From NCBI GenBank assembly GCA_020536535.1, contig JAHLWZ010000191.1, positions 21,975 to 85,974 on the forward strand: a stretch of DNA of 64,000 bases, read 5' to 3'. This DNA is from Pelomyxa schiedti (taxonomy: Eukaryota > Protista > Evosea). The position numbers were made by a program, and so were the translations under genes. Position 1 is the stretch's first letter. The number at the start of each line of letters is the position of its first letter. The notes under the pieces are model-generated. The model was not told where the DNA came from, searched no databases, and worked only from the letters and a program-made list of their open reading frames with translations. This document shows positions 37,740-49,589 of this stretch, one piece after another.

Positions 37740-40700
37740 ATGGGAAGCGCTGAGAAGATCTTGCCCACAGTTGGAGGGGGAAATGCGGGATTGTGGTGGG
37801 TGGGTGTTAAAGACTCAGATCTGAGAGTGTTTGATGTAGTAATGAGGACGCCTGTAGGGACCACATACAACTCGTTCTTGGTAGTTTCGTCTGAACACGC
37901 TGTGTTGTTTGAAACAGGTTGGTTCGTTCCGAACTACCCTTGCTAGTGAGATTTTTCATTGGGTTTTTTGTTATTTTTTCACTATGGCTTATTTATGTGG
38001 TAGTCAAGAAGCCTTTTGTCAACGAGTGGCTGAGGAACATTAAACAGGCACTTGGAAGTGCCTCCCTTACGCACCTGGTGGTTAATCATACTGGTATACT
38101 TAAGTTTGGCATTCCCCAGCTTATCATCCTTTTTGTTGTACTTTTTTCCGTGATTATAGAACCTGATCACTCTGGTGGAGTGTCCACAGCCTTGGCTGAA
38201 TTCCCTGAAGTTTCTCTTGTAGCAACAAAGACAGCGTTGTCTTTCCTGGAGAAACAGGGTGTTCAATTTTCTGGGCACAAGACTGTACCTGTTTCTGATC
38301 GTGAAAGTCTTACAATAGGCAGTCTCACTTTGGAGTTCCATGTTCTCCCTTTCATTCATTGGCCAGGTAATTCTTAATTTCTCTGCACTTCAAAAACAGT
38401 TCCCCAAGATACGATGATTACTTATATCCCACAATTGAAAACTGCTATCACATGTGACTTCTTGGGTTCCCACTTTTGCTCCAGTACATTCACCTTGTTT
38501 GTGGAGGCACCTCACTCTGTTGACTATTGGAACGCATTCAAATATTATTTTGACGTGATATTTGCGCCATACAGGCTGTATGCCAAGAAAGCTGTGGATA
38601 GAATCAAGGAGCTTGATCTGGCCTTAGTTTGTTGGTACCTTGACTCCATTTAGTCTCTGTAACATAAACCAGCTCTCACGGACCACTTCTGAAGGATGAA
38701 ATACTCACTGAGGGAATTGCCAAATACTGCCTCTGGGCGACTCCCGTGGAGTTAGAACGTCGTGTGGTAATTGCGTTTGTGTCAGCATATGGATTTACTG
38801 AAAGCCTTGCCACTGAAATTGCTAAGGTACAGCCTAATACACCTCCTAGAAATAACTGTTTCCAGGGTCTTGAAGCTGTCAAAGTTCCTTGTAAAGTTTT
38901 TGACTTGTTAAAAACTGATTTCTCGGTTGTATGGGAAGAATTTTCCCATTCAAAAGGTTACTATATTGAATTTATCAATAAATCCAATATTATGTTAAGG
39001 TCTTTTGCTTGGGACACCTACTATCGAAAGGGATGCTTTGGGGCCTGTCTGGAATTTTGCTACTGCCCTCAAACCCCCAGAGCATGGTGACAGGTAATTC
39101 GTTTCTTTTGAATCTTCTAGAAAAGTACGATTCATTTGATCCTTGAAAGGGTATTGGGATGCTTTGGATCTTATGGTTGGAGCGGTGAAGCGTTGGCAAA
39201 TATTCAACAGCGCCTTAAACAAGTTCGGGGGGCAAATGTGCCCTTGGAACCTTTTGCTGCCAATTTTGCTCTGTCTACAAGTGATTCCAGCTCCGCTGTA
39301 ATTTGGGGGGCTCAGTTTGGTCAAGCTGTTCTTGGGATAACTACCACAGTACAACCCTCCGTATGCCTCGCAAAATCTAAATCTTATTCACTAATGACAG
39401 TAAGAGGCCTGTGGTCTTGATTCCTAAAAGTTCAGATGGAAAAACTCACAGATGGAGATGTAAAATATGTGGAGAAATTTTCATTGGAATAGAACCTCCT
39501 GAAACCTGCCCTGTATGTGGAGCCTCTAAGGAGGAATGGGTCATCGAAGATCTTGCATCAGTAACTTCTGTAGCATCTGCAGCAGTTGTATCTACAGTAC
39601 CTCCTGCAGTTCCTGATGTGGAAGATTTGGAATCTGTTCGTGAAAAAGCAAAGGAAAAGTTGAAAGGCTGGTGTGGTGTATATAAAATGTGTGATGGGGA
39701 TTATTCCAAACTTTGCCAAGGTACCTTCCTTCTTCCTCAACTCCGTGGTAAGGGCATACAGGTCAAAGCTATGGAAGGCGACTTGGATTCGGTGGTATTG
39801 GGTCTGGGCAAAGTTTTCACAACAACTTCCTGGCTCTTCAAGCAGTAAAGCTTAGAATGAGTGTCATTTCACTTCATGCAGAACCAGACTGCTCATACAA
39901 TTTCTTTGGGCGTCGGCTTGCCCTCCCCGTAATGGGTGCCCCAGCTACAGGTGTAACCAGGTAAACTCAAAACCAAAAAAAATTAAACAAAAGTCTCCTG
40001 GACCTGATTTCCAAACTACAGCATGGCAAATGCAATTACAGAGGAGGAGTTGTGCAGGGCTACAGTATTTGGCTGCAAATCGGCGGGAACAATTGCCTGG
40101 AGGGGAGATTCCCACACCTACAATCCTTATAATCCTACGACTGAGATGCCTTGTGCCCTTGCAATAAAAGAAGCATCTGGTTTTGGGGTCAAGATAAGCA
40201 AGCCACGAGAGCTCGAAGCCATAAGGAAAACGTTTGAACTCTATGAAGCGATGGGAGCAGTTGCGGTTGGCGTGGATATTGATGCACCCACAAGTCACCT
40301 GATGACAAAATTTGGCAGGAAAGTTTTGCGCAAGAGTGCTGAAGATCTCATGTGTTTCTTTCTCACAGAACTGTACCTCTTCTCATCCTGTTTTTAAAGG
40401 CAAATAGTATCCATGACCCGACTTCCCGTCATATTCAAGGGAGTGATGAATGTTACTGATGCCCGTCTAGCTGTAGATTGTCATGCTGCTGGGATTGTCG
40501 TCTCAAACCACGGAGGCCGCGTAGTCGATTGCACACCTGGTTTGTGTAAGGTTCTTTCTTCCTGTACTGACTTTCCCCAAGGTACCGCAGAAGTTCTCCC
40601 TAAAATTGTTCAAGCTGTTGGAGGAAGGACTAAGATCTTTGTTGATGGTGGTGTCCGAACAGGCTATGATGTGATGAAGATGCTTGCTCTTGGTGCCGAA

Positions 40701-40955
40701 GCAGTTCTTGTTGGAAGGGACATTGTATGTAATTGGTTAGGTTTTGTTTACTCCTAACGACTCCTCAGCTTCGGGCTGCTATTGGAGGAGGAGCCAAGGG
40801 TGTGGAGCTACAAATGCAACAGTATGTAAAGCAATCTCCTTTTAAATTCGACTGATTTTCGTAGGTATTGCGCGGATCTGAAAAGAGCGATGACCATGTG
40901 TAGTGTAAATCGCCTTAGCGAGATTAATGCTGCCTGTATCAGAAGTGATCCATAA
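37740..40955 (+). CDS. Flavodiiron protein - short rubredoxin - FMN alpha-hydroxy-acid dehydrogenase fusion
   Basis: FDP: GTTYNSFL, NHT|EPDHSG, HWP|D, TCDFLG, SHG, SAYGFTESLA, GTPT, FGSYGWSGEA. Rubredoxin: RWRCKICG..PPETCPVCG. Hydroxy-acid dehydrogenase: FFGRRLALPVMGAP, PVIFKGV, VSNHGGR, DGGVRTG, ALGAEAVLVGR. Stop TAA 40953-40955. Confidence 0.85.
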
Positions 40956-40988
40956 ACACCACAATGATACGAAAAAGTTTTCTTTCAG

Positions 40989-42717
40989 TTATACTTTACT
41001 CTTCTTTTGATTTGGTTCGTGTGGTTTGTGCACTTTGAGGTTGCAAACTTTTCGCATTTGCTCTTGTTGTTGGCTTTTAATGTAGACCTTGAGCTCTTTC
41101 TCTGTGACTGTGAAGAGTGTAAGTGTAAGGAAGGGAAAGAATTGAGATACCTGTGACTGTGGAGTTTAAAAATGCAGGAAGAGGAACCGCTTGCCATGTT
41201 GATGTACTGTCAGGTTTAAAAGCCTTTAAAAGGGGAGTTTCCGGGCTCTCTGGAATCAGTGATACGAGAAGGGAATTGTCAAACGGGCTGAAGCTAGCGG
41301 CAGTCGGAACACCACCAATATCAATTGATTGCGCAAGAGCCAACTGGCCATCAGAGGTTACAACGAACACGAAGAGCTGCGGAACTCTAAGGAGGGAGTT
41401 ACAGTAAGTCCGAGATAAACAGATAGAAGGGGTTGGTTTACCCCTCAACAGTGGCTGCTAGCAATCCGCTGCGGTAAGACTGGGGTTTAACAACAGATGG
41501 TTTGGTTCCTGGTGGGGGAAGACCTCGCCCAGAAGCCCCTTGGCATAGGTATTGTATGCATAGGCATTTGCCGGTAAGAGGGTCCCATGAACGGAGAGTG
41601 CCATCCCCTGCACCAGACACAAGAATGGTACTGCCACAAAAAACTACGTCTGAAATGAATCTGAGAAGGTACAGGAACTTATTGGCAAAGCACTACTGAA
41701 AATAGTACATACTCTGTGTGACCCATGCAAAATGACTCTATGATGCATGTCTGAGGGAATCTGCTGACTCGGATCCGCTCGTCTCTATCGCATGTTGCTA
41801 CTAGGGTAGTAGTATCAGTTCTCATGCATGCAAGGGAGGTGACCAAGGAGCAGTGGCCAATAGCAAGTTTGATTGCTGGCTTTTGGTGTTGGTATTCTAC
41901 TTTCTGACTTTGGTGCTGCTGTTGCTGTTGCTGTTTCCTGAGTTTCTTGGCAAGCCGATTTGTAACGGAAATGTCCTTGGAAGGAGGGGGATTCACTGCT
42001 GTCGGGGTGACGGGAGACACTGCAGAAGCTGTAGAAGTAGGACTTGCTGTCTTAACAACCTCAGCAGGTGGAACATTGGCTAGTGCCCGAAGCCTGTCCA
42101 CATCGGCAACATATACTTCACCAAATTTGTCAGAGAAAATAACGTGATGTGACAGAATTTCAATCGCCGTTATTTTTTTCTTGGTCTTTCTGAGATTTGT
42201 GCATGAGAATAAGCAAAAGGGGGATAAATTACATCAAATGAAAATAGGAAACCTACATTGTCCTTTCATATTCCCATTGAGCACCAGTATGAGACCACAA
42301 AAGAATTTGTTTGTCCTCTGTGGCTGTGGCAATCAAGTTTCCACTGAAACCAACAGCAGTAATAAATCCCCTTCTCAAATCACACTGACCACATGGAACC
42401 CTAAAGCAGAAGGACACGACACACAGCGTAAATACTTACACTAGATTTATTCACTATTCGTCGTATTAACAAGACCCAAGGCCACAACAAACAACAAAAA
42501 AAAGAAGGTCACACTTGTTAAACTCTGGAATACTGTAAACTGCAAAATTGGCACCCCAAGCCACTAACACCGATGGTTGTTGGCCACCTCCTGCTGTTGC
42601 ATATTTGATGTGTGAGTACGGCAACTGCATAGTCGCCGACGCAGCAGTAGAAGGCGTTGTGGTGCTACTGCTGGTTGTAGCCGAAGGTGTTGGTGTAGCC
42701 ATGGCAGGAGTGGTCAT
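40989..42717 (-). CDS. WDR4: tRNA (guanine-N7)-methyltransferase non-catalytic WD40 subunit
   Basis: IGHCSLVTSL..TCDRDERIRVSRFPQTCIIESFCMGHTE and LVSGAGDGTLRSWD match the Trm82/WDR4 signature (DRDEKIRVS..IESFCLGH). Confidence 0.85.
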
Positions 42718-42759
42718 TCGTGTATTTGATTGGACGATCAAAAGTTTCTTTTGGTTTTT

Positions 42760-44004
42760 TTAGCCGAGTGGGTTGGGGCGTTTACAGCGGAGGAGCTCAC
42801 GGGGGTGCTCAAGGAGCTGTATGAAGTTTTTGCATACAAGGCTGGCTTTGCTCCCTGTTGTGTTTGAGAAAAGGAAAGGAATAGGTGTTAGGCACCATCA
42901 ATGAACCGGTGGTCTATTGTCACTGTAATGGTGACCATTGGTTTCACCACTACCTCTTCCCCCACTACTGTGACACACTTTTTGATGGCTCCTTTGATTG
43001 GATGAGAAGAAGATAATAGAACAATACAACGCACCGACAAGGACAAGAACTGGCACGTAAGAAAAAGGAGGAAACTGCGCGCGGTTAAGGAATAAGGAGT
43101 AAAAGGAATGATGGAAGAAACTCAACTGGCGCAAACTAAGATGGAGTAAGAAATACACCACCAGAGGATTACTTACGGCTTCGTCAATCCCAAAGCTGCC
43201 CACGTTTGTGACAATGCAGTTTCCCATGAAGCATTTCTTTACACCCAAAAACGGAATTTCAAGCCCAACACCACATGATAAAAAGCCAATGGCCTGAAGA
43301 CCTTTAAATGCATGAGACCAGTACTCCTTAGATTCGTGTACATACAAGGTCGAAGGATGAATGTGGGAACAATACTGGCCAGCTTTAGTAGGAAATTAAA
43401 ATCTTTATCTTGACCCTTGCGTAGCATATTACTCCCCTCGTTCAGTTCTGTGGCGATATCAAGAGGTGATTTGCTGGAAGGCTCTTAGATTTACTAAAAG
43501 ACAAAGCGTTACTGGACCTATGAGCATCCCGAATAGTATGAAAAGCCAAATTAGTACTGGAGACATTTACCAAAAATCCAACGTCAACAGACTGCCAAGG
43601 CTTAAATCGGCCTGCAGAAGGATAAATAAGAGGTACCAACTGCCAATCCATAAATCCATTCAGAAACCCCAAACGATTCTGCCGCAAAGGCAAGGCTCCT
43701 GTGCCATAGCAATAGCCACAGCACTTCCAACGAGGTGAGTAATTGTGATGTGCTCATTCGTCGACCGCCGTAATTCGTCAATAAAAGCAATGGCCTCTGT
43801 TGCATCGCACCTCGCCCTTGCCAAAAGTCGCGAGTCACTCTGTGGCTCCCATGTTGCTATTGCGATTTTTTGCCTCAGAGTCATGCCGGAACTCGCATAC
43901 ACCCACAAAAGCAGCAAGATCGCGCACGCACCAGCCAGAAACATGCTCTTTGGAAAAACCAGATACGCCACACACAACACCAGTGCAACGGTAGCGGCAC
44001 CCAT
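42760..44004 (-). CDS. 2-oxoacid dehydrogenase E2-type acyltransferase catalytic domain protein with N-terminal TM helix and no lipoyl domain
   Basis: N-terminal hydrophobic stretch; ITITHLVGSAVA; VDVGFLV; GNCIVTNVGSFG; PPFSYVP; TITVTIDHRFIDG (HxxxDG catalytic motif). Confidence 0.8.
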
Positions 44005-44166
44005 CCAGATCTTTGTCTTTTCAAGTAGAAAAAGTGCCCCAGTATTGACTCCAACAGCCCTTTACATTACTCAGCTGCCAAACAAACATTCGAGTAAAAA
44101 AAAAAAGTAGAGAATGGAAAACGGAATAATTTATTTGCCCGATTTCTCCTTGTGTGGTGGGGTGGT

Positions 44167-45831
44167 TTACGAAACCTCCAACAGCTCCTCGTGGACATCA
44201 GCTATCTCGAGTGGCTTGACCTTGAAGTCGCACTCGATCTCTGCTCTACCGTGCAGTAACCCGCAAGGATCTCGTGACCCTCGCGGCGACGACGTAGGCG
44301 TCAACGCCGGAGAGTGAGCTGGAGACGGGGACGGGGAGCAGACTATGAGCTCGAGGGGCGAGGAGCAGTCCTGCGCCGCGGCAGTTTCCTCCGTGGCTTC
44401 AGAACAAGGAGACGAGCTCGTCGTGGCGATTCGGGTAGTTTGCGGGGTGCACGGGGCTATGTGCTTGGCTGTTTTTGGCACTATCGTGAAGGACCGCGGG
44501 ATGCTGGCGAGTCTTTGCTTGAGGTGTGTTTTCTGGGACTCGCTCAGGGAGGCGCTGCAGGGATCCACAACGATCATTTCGGTTTGGATGAACATATCCG
44601 CCATCTCTCCTTGGCAGGTGTACATGTGTTGCACACAGCCAACCCTGGAGATGCGTAAGTTTCCTATTACAAGCCGTTTCTGGATACCTGGAACACAAGC
44701 TGGATACAGTTCGTGCAAGCCAGTCACGTGGAACCTCGGTAGAAGATATCACAGTGCAAGTAAAGGAAGCTGGTTTGAATGTGGAAAGGACTTTGCTGGC
44801 AACCCGCCCAACTTCAGCAATACAGAATGGAGGGGCAAAGAACGCCTCATAAGACACATAACTGCAGTGAGCCTCGGGGGTTATATGAATTGTGCTGTAG
44901 ACCTGTAGGTGCTTATTAAGGACGCTGTCAAAATAGGAATTAACATACATTATTTGCAAGTCCGTTCATGGAATAACCGCAGGGCTCAAACAAGAAACCA
45001 TCAATATTCATCGAAGGAAATATAGACTGGATTCCAGAGACGTTTGTAGCTTCCTGAGAAGAGCCGCCAGAATTGTCTTGGAAGACCTTCATAACTTCAG
45101 GGTCCAAGTCGTGCATTTTCACTTCAAAGAGAAGGTAATCAGAGGGACGAGCATCAGTTTTGGCTGAGTACAGCCAGCATAACCAGTGATCAGTAGTTGT
45201 GGGACCAACAACAAATGATTGACCCCCAGAAAACCTTTCATCCAAATATAGAACCTGTTAAATTGTTAGACTCCTAAAAAAGGAGGAAAGAACCAACCTC
45301 CTCATCAAAAGAACGGTGTGGGTACAACTGGCGATGGGGGAAGGTGTAATTCTTTCTGCAGTAAATAACTCTCTTGACAGACAACCCAACAGCCATGCCG
45401 TATTTGACAATTTCGTCAATACCACGAAGCAAGAGGGTTCGCCCACAAGTTTTGAGTATAACCCTATTGGAAGACACAAACAAACTTGACTCTGAGAGCA
45501 AGTACGCGTCCCACTGGTGGTTACTATGAACACTGTGTTTACAGTCAGGCTAGGTGTGAAACAAGGTTGCTGGGTACCTCAAAATTGTGCAAGCTGTTTT
45601 ATTTAATAATGACTGCCACTGCTCCCTGTTGTATGATCTCATACCAGTAGCAGGAGACACAGAAGTCGTAGAGGTAGTAGTGGAGGACAAAATTTCAGCT
45701 CTTGACGTACGGTTTGACCTTGCTCTGCGGGTAGATACACGAGGAGGGGCGATTTCGAATTCGACTTCGATCCTCTTCTCGGGACCCTCGAACCCTTCTT
45801 GCAGTGCAACGTCTTCAATAAGAGATGTCAT
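44167..45831 (-). CDS. AMD1: S-adenosylmethionine decarboxylase proenzyme (eukaryotic class)
   Basis: GFEGPEKRIEV; DAYLLSESSLFV (E|S autocleavage); ILKTCG; FEPCGYSMNG; YSTIHITPEAHCSYVSYE. Confidence 0.95.
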
Positions 45832-45931
45832 AGTTCTGTAGAAAGAAGGGATACGCCGTGAGACATCGCTACCGATTTAAAAAAAAATACAAAGGTTACA
45901 TACGATGGAGAAATAGAGTGAAAAAGGAAAC

Positions 45932-46228
45932 TCAGCTGTAGCCCTTGAGGGTCTTCTCGAATCGTGGTGCTGCTAGGTTGAGAGGGATTGGGTCTGGTTC
46001 TTTCCCCTTCTTGAGTTGGTTTTCACCCAATAACATACAACGTGGGGTGGTCGGTAGTCGGTTTTTCGGGTTGTTGTTTTGACGCGGTCTAAACCACTCC
46101 TTGAGTGAGATCTTGGTTGTGTTGGTGTTGTGCGGCTTGGCGACGACAAAACGCAAAACACGACGGACGCAAGAGAGCCTACGGCTGTAGGTTTGATTTT
46201 TTTGTAAAGAGAAAAAAACCAACTGCAA
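45932..46228 (-). promoter_or_regulatory. Candidate upstream ORF in the SAMDC 5' leader
   Basis: 98-codon open frame ending 100 nt upstream of the SAMDC ATG; its only ATG (46036) lies inside a candidate 45-nt GTATGT..ACCAG intron (45994-46038). Confidence 0.45.
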
Positions 46229-46510
46229 CTCTTCTTATAAGGCCGTTTTGGAATTGCTATTGCTAATTGGGTTCGCAACTTTCCGAACTAGGTTCTTGAG
46301 GAAAACTGAGCGAAATACCCTGGGCCTGGCAGGCCAGCCCCTGAGCAGAACTTGAGAGATACCATACCGCAGCTCCCACTTCTGTGCCTGTGACTCTTCT
46401 CAGGCCAGTCACCCCAATGTCCCTCCATCTGTTCTTTTTTGTTTTCCGCCTTCGTTCATTCCAAATTGATACGTTCTACCTCCCCCCGCTTTCTCGCCAC
46501 ACTGCCGCCA

Positions 46511-49500
46511 ATGAGAGGAAGAACGAACAGGTCACAGTCCCATTCCCAGCAGCTCATGGCGGAGGAGTCAGCGCGCCGTTCCGCCGCCCTACGCGCCCTT
46601 GTACCAAACAACGCCAACGACGCCAGCAGCAACAACCCCAGGCTGTCCTTTGGTAGTTCGGACGGCGAGCCGGACGCCTACGGCGGCGACGCCAGCGACG
46701 GTGACGGCGGCGACGACGGGGGCGACGCCTACGCGCGCAAGGTGGCGGACCGCGTGGGCCTCGGCGTCGGCCTCGGGCTCGGCTCGGGCGTCGGCCGTGA
46801 TCGCGACCGCGGGGGGGTCTACGCCCCCAGGAGCTCCCTGGCGTCGTTCGCCCCGCCTGCTTCCTTCGTCGCTGCTTCGTCGGGGTCCGCGTCGCCGCCA
46901 TCACCTTCGTCCCCGACTGCATTTTCTACTGCCGCAGTTTCGTCTGGTTCCTCCTCCTCCTCCTCCTCTTCTTCTTCTGGTGGTGGTGGTGGTTCTTCGT
47001 CGTCTTCGTCGTCTGCCGCTGCTTCTGCCGCCGCGAATGCTATTATTACTCCCTCGGGTACTTCTATTTTGAGTTCATACGCTAGTCACAAAGCTCCCAG
47101 CTTCTCGGTCCCTTCGTTCCCTCCGTTGTTTGTTCAGCCTGCCCCTGCCCCGGCGCCTGTCACTGCTCCTACGGCCACTCGCCAGGCTTCTAATGCTAAT
47201 AGTAACACAACTTCACAGCAGCGAATTGCGGAAGCTACTGGGAAGCCTGTACCTGGTGGCGGTGGATTTTTCTTTGGTGGCGCTCTGGGACAACCTTCTG
47301 GAATGAACGGGCAGTTGCCTGGCACTTCTGGTCTGGGACTGCCTCACCAAAACCAAACCCAGCACCCCTCTGGCCGCGTTCAGCAGCAATCGAACCCCAC
47401 ACAGTTAATGTCATACCCTCCCCAGCAACCAACGCAGGGCTCCTCTCAGCAGGCGAGGCCGCCACAGAACAGTCAGGCTTTTGGCACGGGAATTACCCCA
47501 ACACCTCCAAATCGACCCCCCATGCAACCTCCTGCCCTCCCAGGGAATCAACCCCAAACATCTTCGAACCACCCCAGGCCAATACAACAAATGCAACCAC
47601 CTAGAAATGTGAACGAGAATAATCAGTTCCCTGTAATGACCGCCCAACAAGGAAATACGGCACAACTTAACCAGCAAAAGCTCTCCCAACCACTTCCCCG
47701 TCCAAACGCTTTTCAACCACAAACACAGGTGTCGTCACAACAAGTAAATACGCAGCAGCAGTTGCGATTCCAAGCTCAGCCACATCTCCACCCGCAACCC
47801 TCTTTACATAACCAGCCACAACAGAATACACGTATGCCACCCCCGCAGCCATATCCCCAGCCCTCCGCGCAACCCATCCTACAACCACAGCAACGGCAAC
47901 CCCCCTCACAGCCGCAACCACAACAAACATCGCAGGCCCAGTTGTACACTCAGCCCCAGATTCATGGGCAATTTTCCCAACAGCCACAGCCTCACTCACT
48001 GCAATTTCCAACTTCAAATACTCAATCTCCACAAAGTAGAATGCAGCCCCCATCTTCTGTCCAAGTACAACCAACTCATCCAAGCACTCAACCTGGATTT
48101 CCTCAAAAGCCACAAGCAAATACATCGTCTGTTGATACTCTCCCGCTAGCACCGCCACCTCCACAGTCACCTCCTGGAAAGCTGCCTACTGATTTTCCAC
48201 ATGCACCTGTCCCGCCCAGCTGCGTGCAACCCCCACCAACTCCAACATTGCCACCGCCACCTCCCGTACCGACGGTATCGGCCCCACTCACGCCTCCACC
48301 AACTCCGACTTTGCCCCCACCTCCACCCATCCCTTCATTATCGTCACAACCCTCGGCACCTTCAACAGCACCTCCATTACCACAAACTGAGCAAAAGTCA
48401 ACTCAAGTCTCTGTTCCAAGTACATGTAGCACTGGGACTGTACAAACAAATATGAACGTGCAACAGCCCGCTCAAAGTTTCACTGTCCAACATCAGGAAA
48501 CCCAACCAGAAGTGCACCCTAAAGAGGTTACACCTGCGCCTTCAAAGCAGCTATCACCCCCTCGCCCAGACCCCCATACTGCAGGTCCACAACAATCTCA
48601 GCTAAGAGCTGCCCCACAGCCCTCAGATCAACCCCAGCAAGCAAGACCTCAGCCTCAACGTCAACCAGACCTATACAGTAAGCCATCTGAGCCACCATTT
48701 CTTCATCCCCTCCCTAGCACAGCAGTCCCCCCAACTGTTGTTGCGAAGTCCGTGCTCCAGAATTCAACCAAGTGAGTATAGCATCGGTTAACAATTAAAT
48801 AACAGCTCTAGCACCAAAAACGACAATACACTTGCCGATTTGAGCAATCTACAGCACCATCTGAAGGAATTTTGCACACTACTTACCAATCTGGAAACTA
48901 GCATGTCAGTGGCACTCAAGTGGCATCAACAGCAGGCCCGGGAAGAAAAAGAGCTCAAGTTCTATCTACAGGGTCTACAGAATGCAAGTGTAAAGATCCA
49001 AGAGGTTTTTTCCCTGACAACCAATTCACTATGTCCTTACTTTTGGTATCAGAAAACGAAAACACCCCACCTTCGTGCCGAAATGTTGATGGTCCATCCA
49101 AATTTCTGCTATCCCTAAAACTGACACATTCTAGACCGTTGAACAAATGCTTTCACGGAAGCCCAACATTGAGCCTGTTCCCCTAGCTGTAAGAAGGGCA
49201 TTTGAAACACTCAAGATTGCCCGAGCCAAATGGACAGCCATTACCTCCATTGAGAACGAGCCGAGCTTGGACTCATGCAGACAAGCACTGGGCCAAATCC
49301 AATACCGGATGAGTGAGGCAGAAAGGCTGAATGAAGAAGTGGAAAAGTGGGAGGAAGTTCTGCAGAGGGAGAAAATTAGTACCGCAAATCATACAGTAGT
49401 GGTATGGTTCATTTCTAGCACACACATTTTCTAACAATCTCTACAGAATACAGAACTGAGACCAACATCAAAGGCACCTAAGTGCAAACTGATTCTCCTT

Positions 49501-49563
49501 GTTGTCTTGGCTAGTTTGTTAGTGGTGATCGTTGCTTGCCTTGTGAGCAAAACACTCTCCTAA
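46511..49563 (+). CDS. Q/P/S-rich protein with C-terminal coiled coil and tail anchor
   Basis: Long low-complexity exon 46511-48770; helical exons (LKEFCTLLTNLE..; RQALGQIQYRMSEAERLNEEVEKWEE); terminal LILLVVLASLLVVIVACLVSKTLS*. Confidence 0.6.
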
Positions 49564-49589
49564 AAAAAAAAAACCCCAGTTGGTTTTTT

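Noticed and set aside
45836-45903. ATG-TAA mini-uORF and MSHGVSLLSTEL* uORF overlapping the SAMDC ATG
   Set aside because: Both lie in a canonical GTATGT..CTACAG leader intron and would matter only if it is retained.
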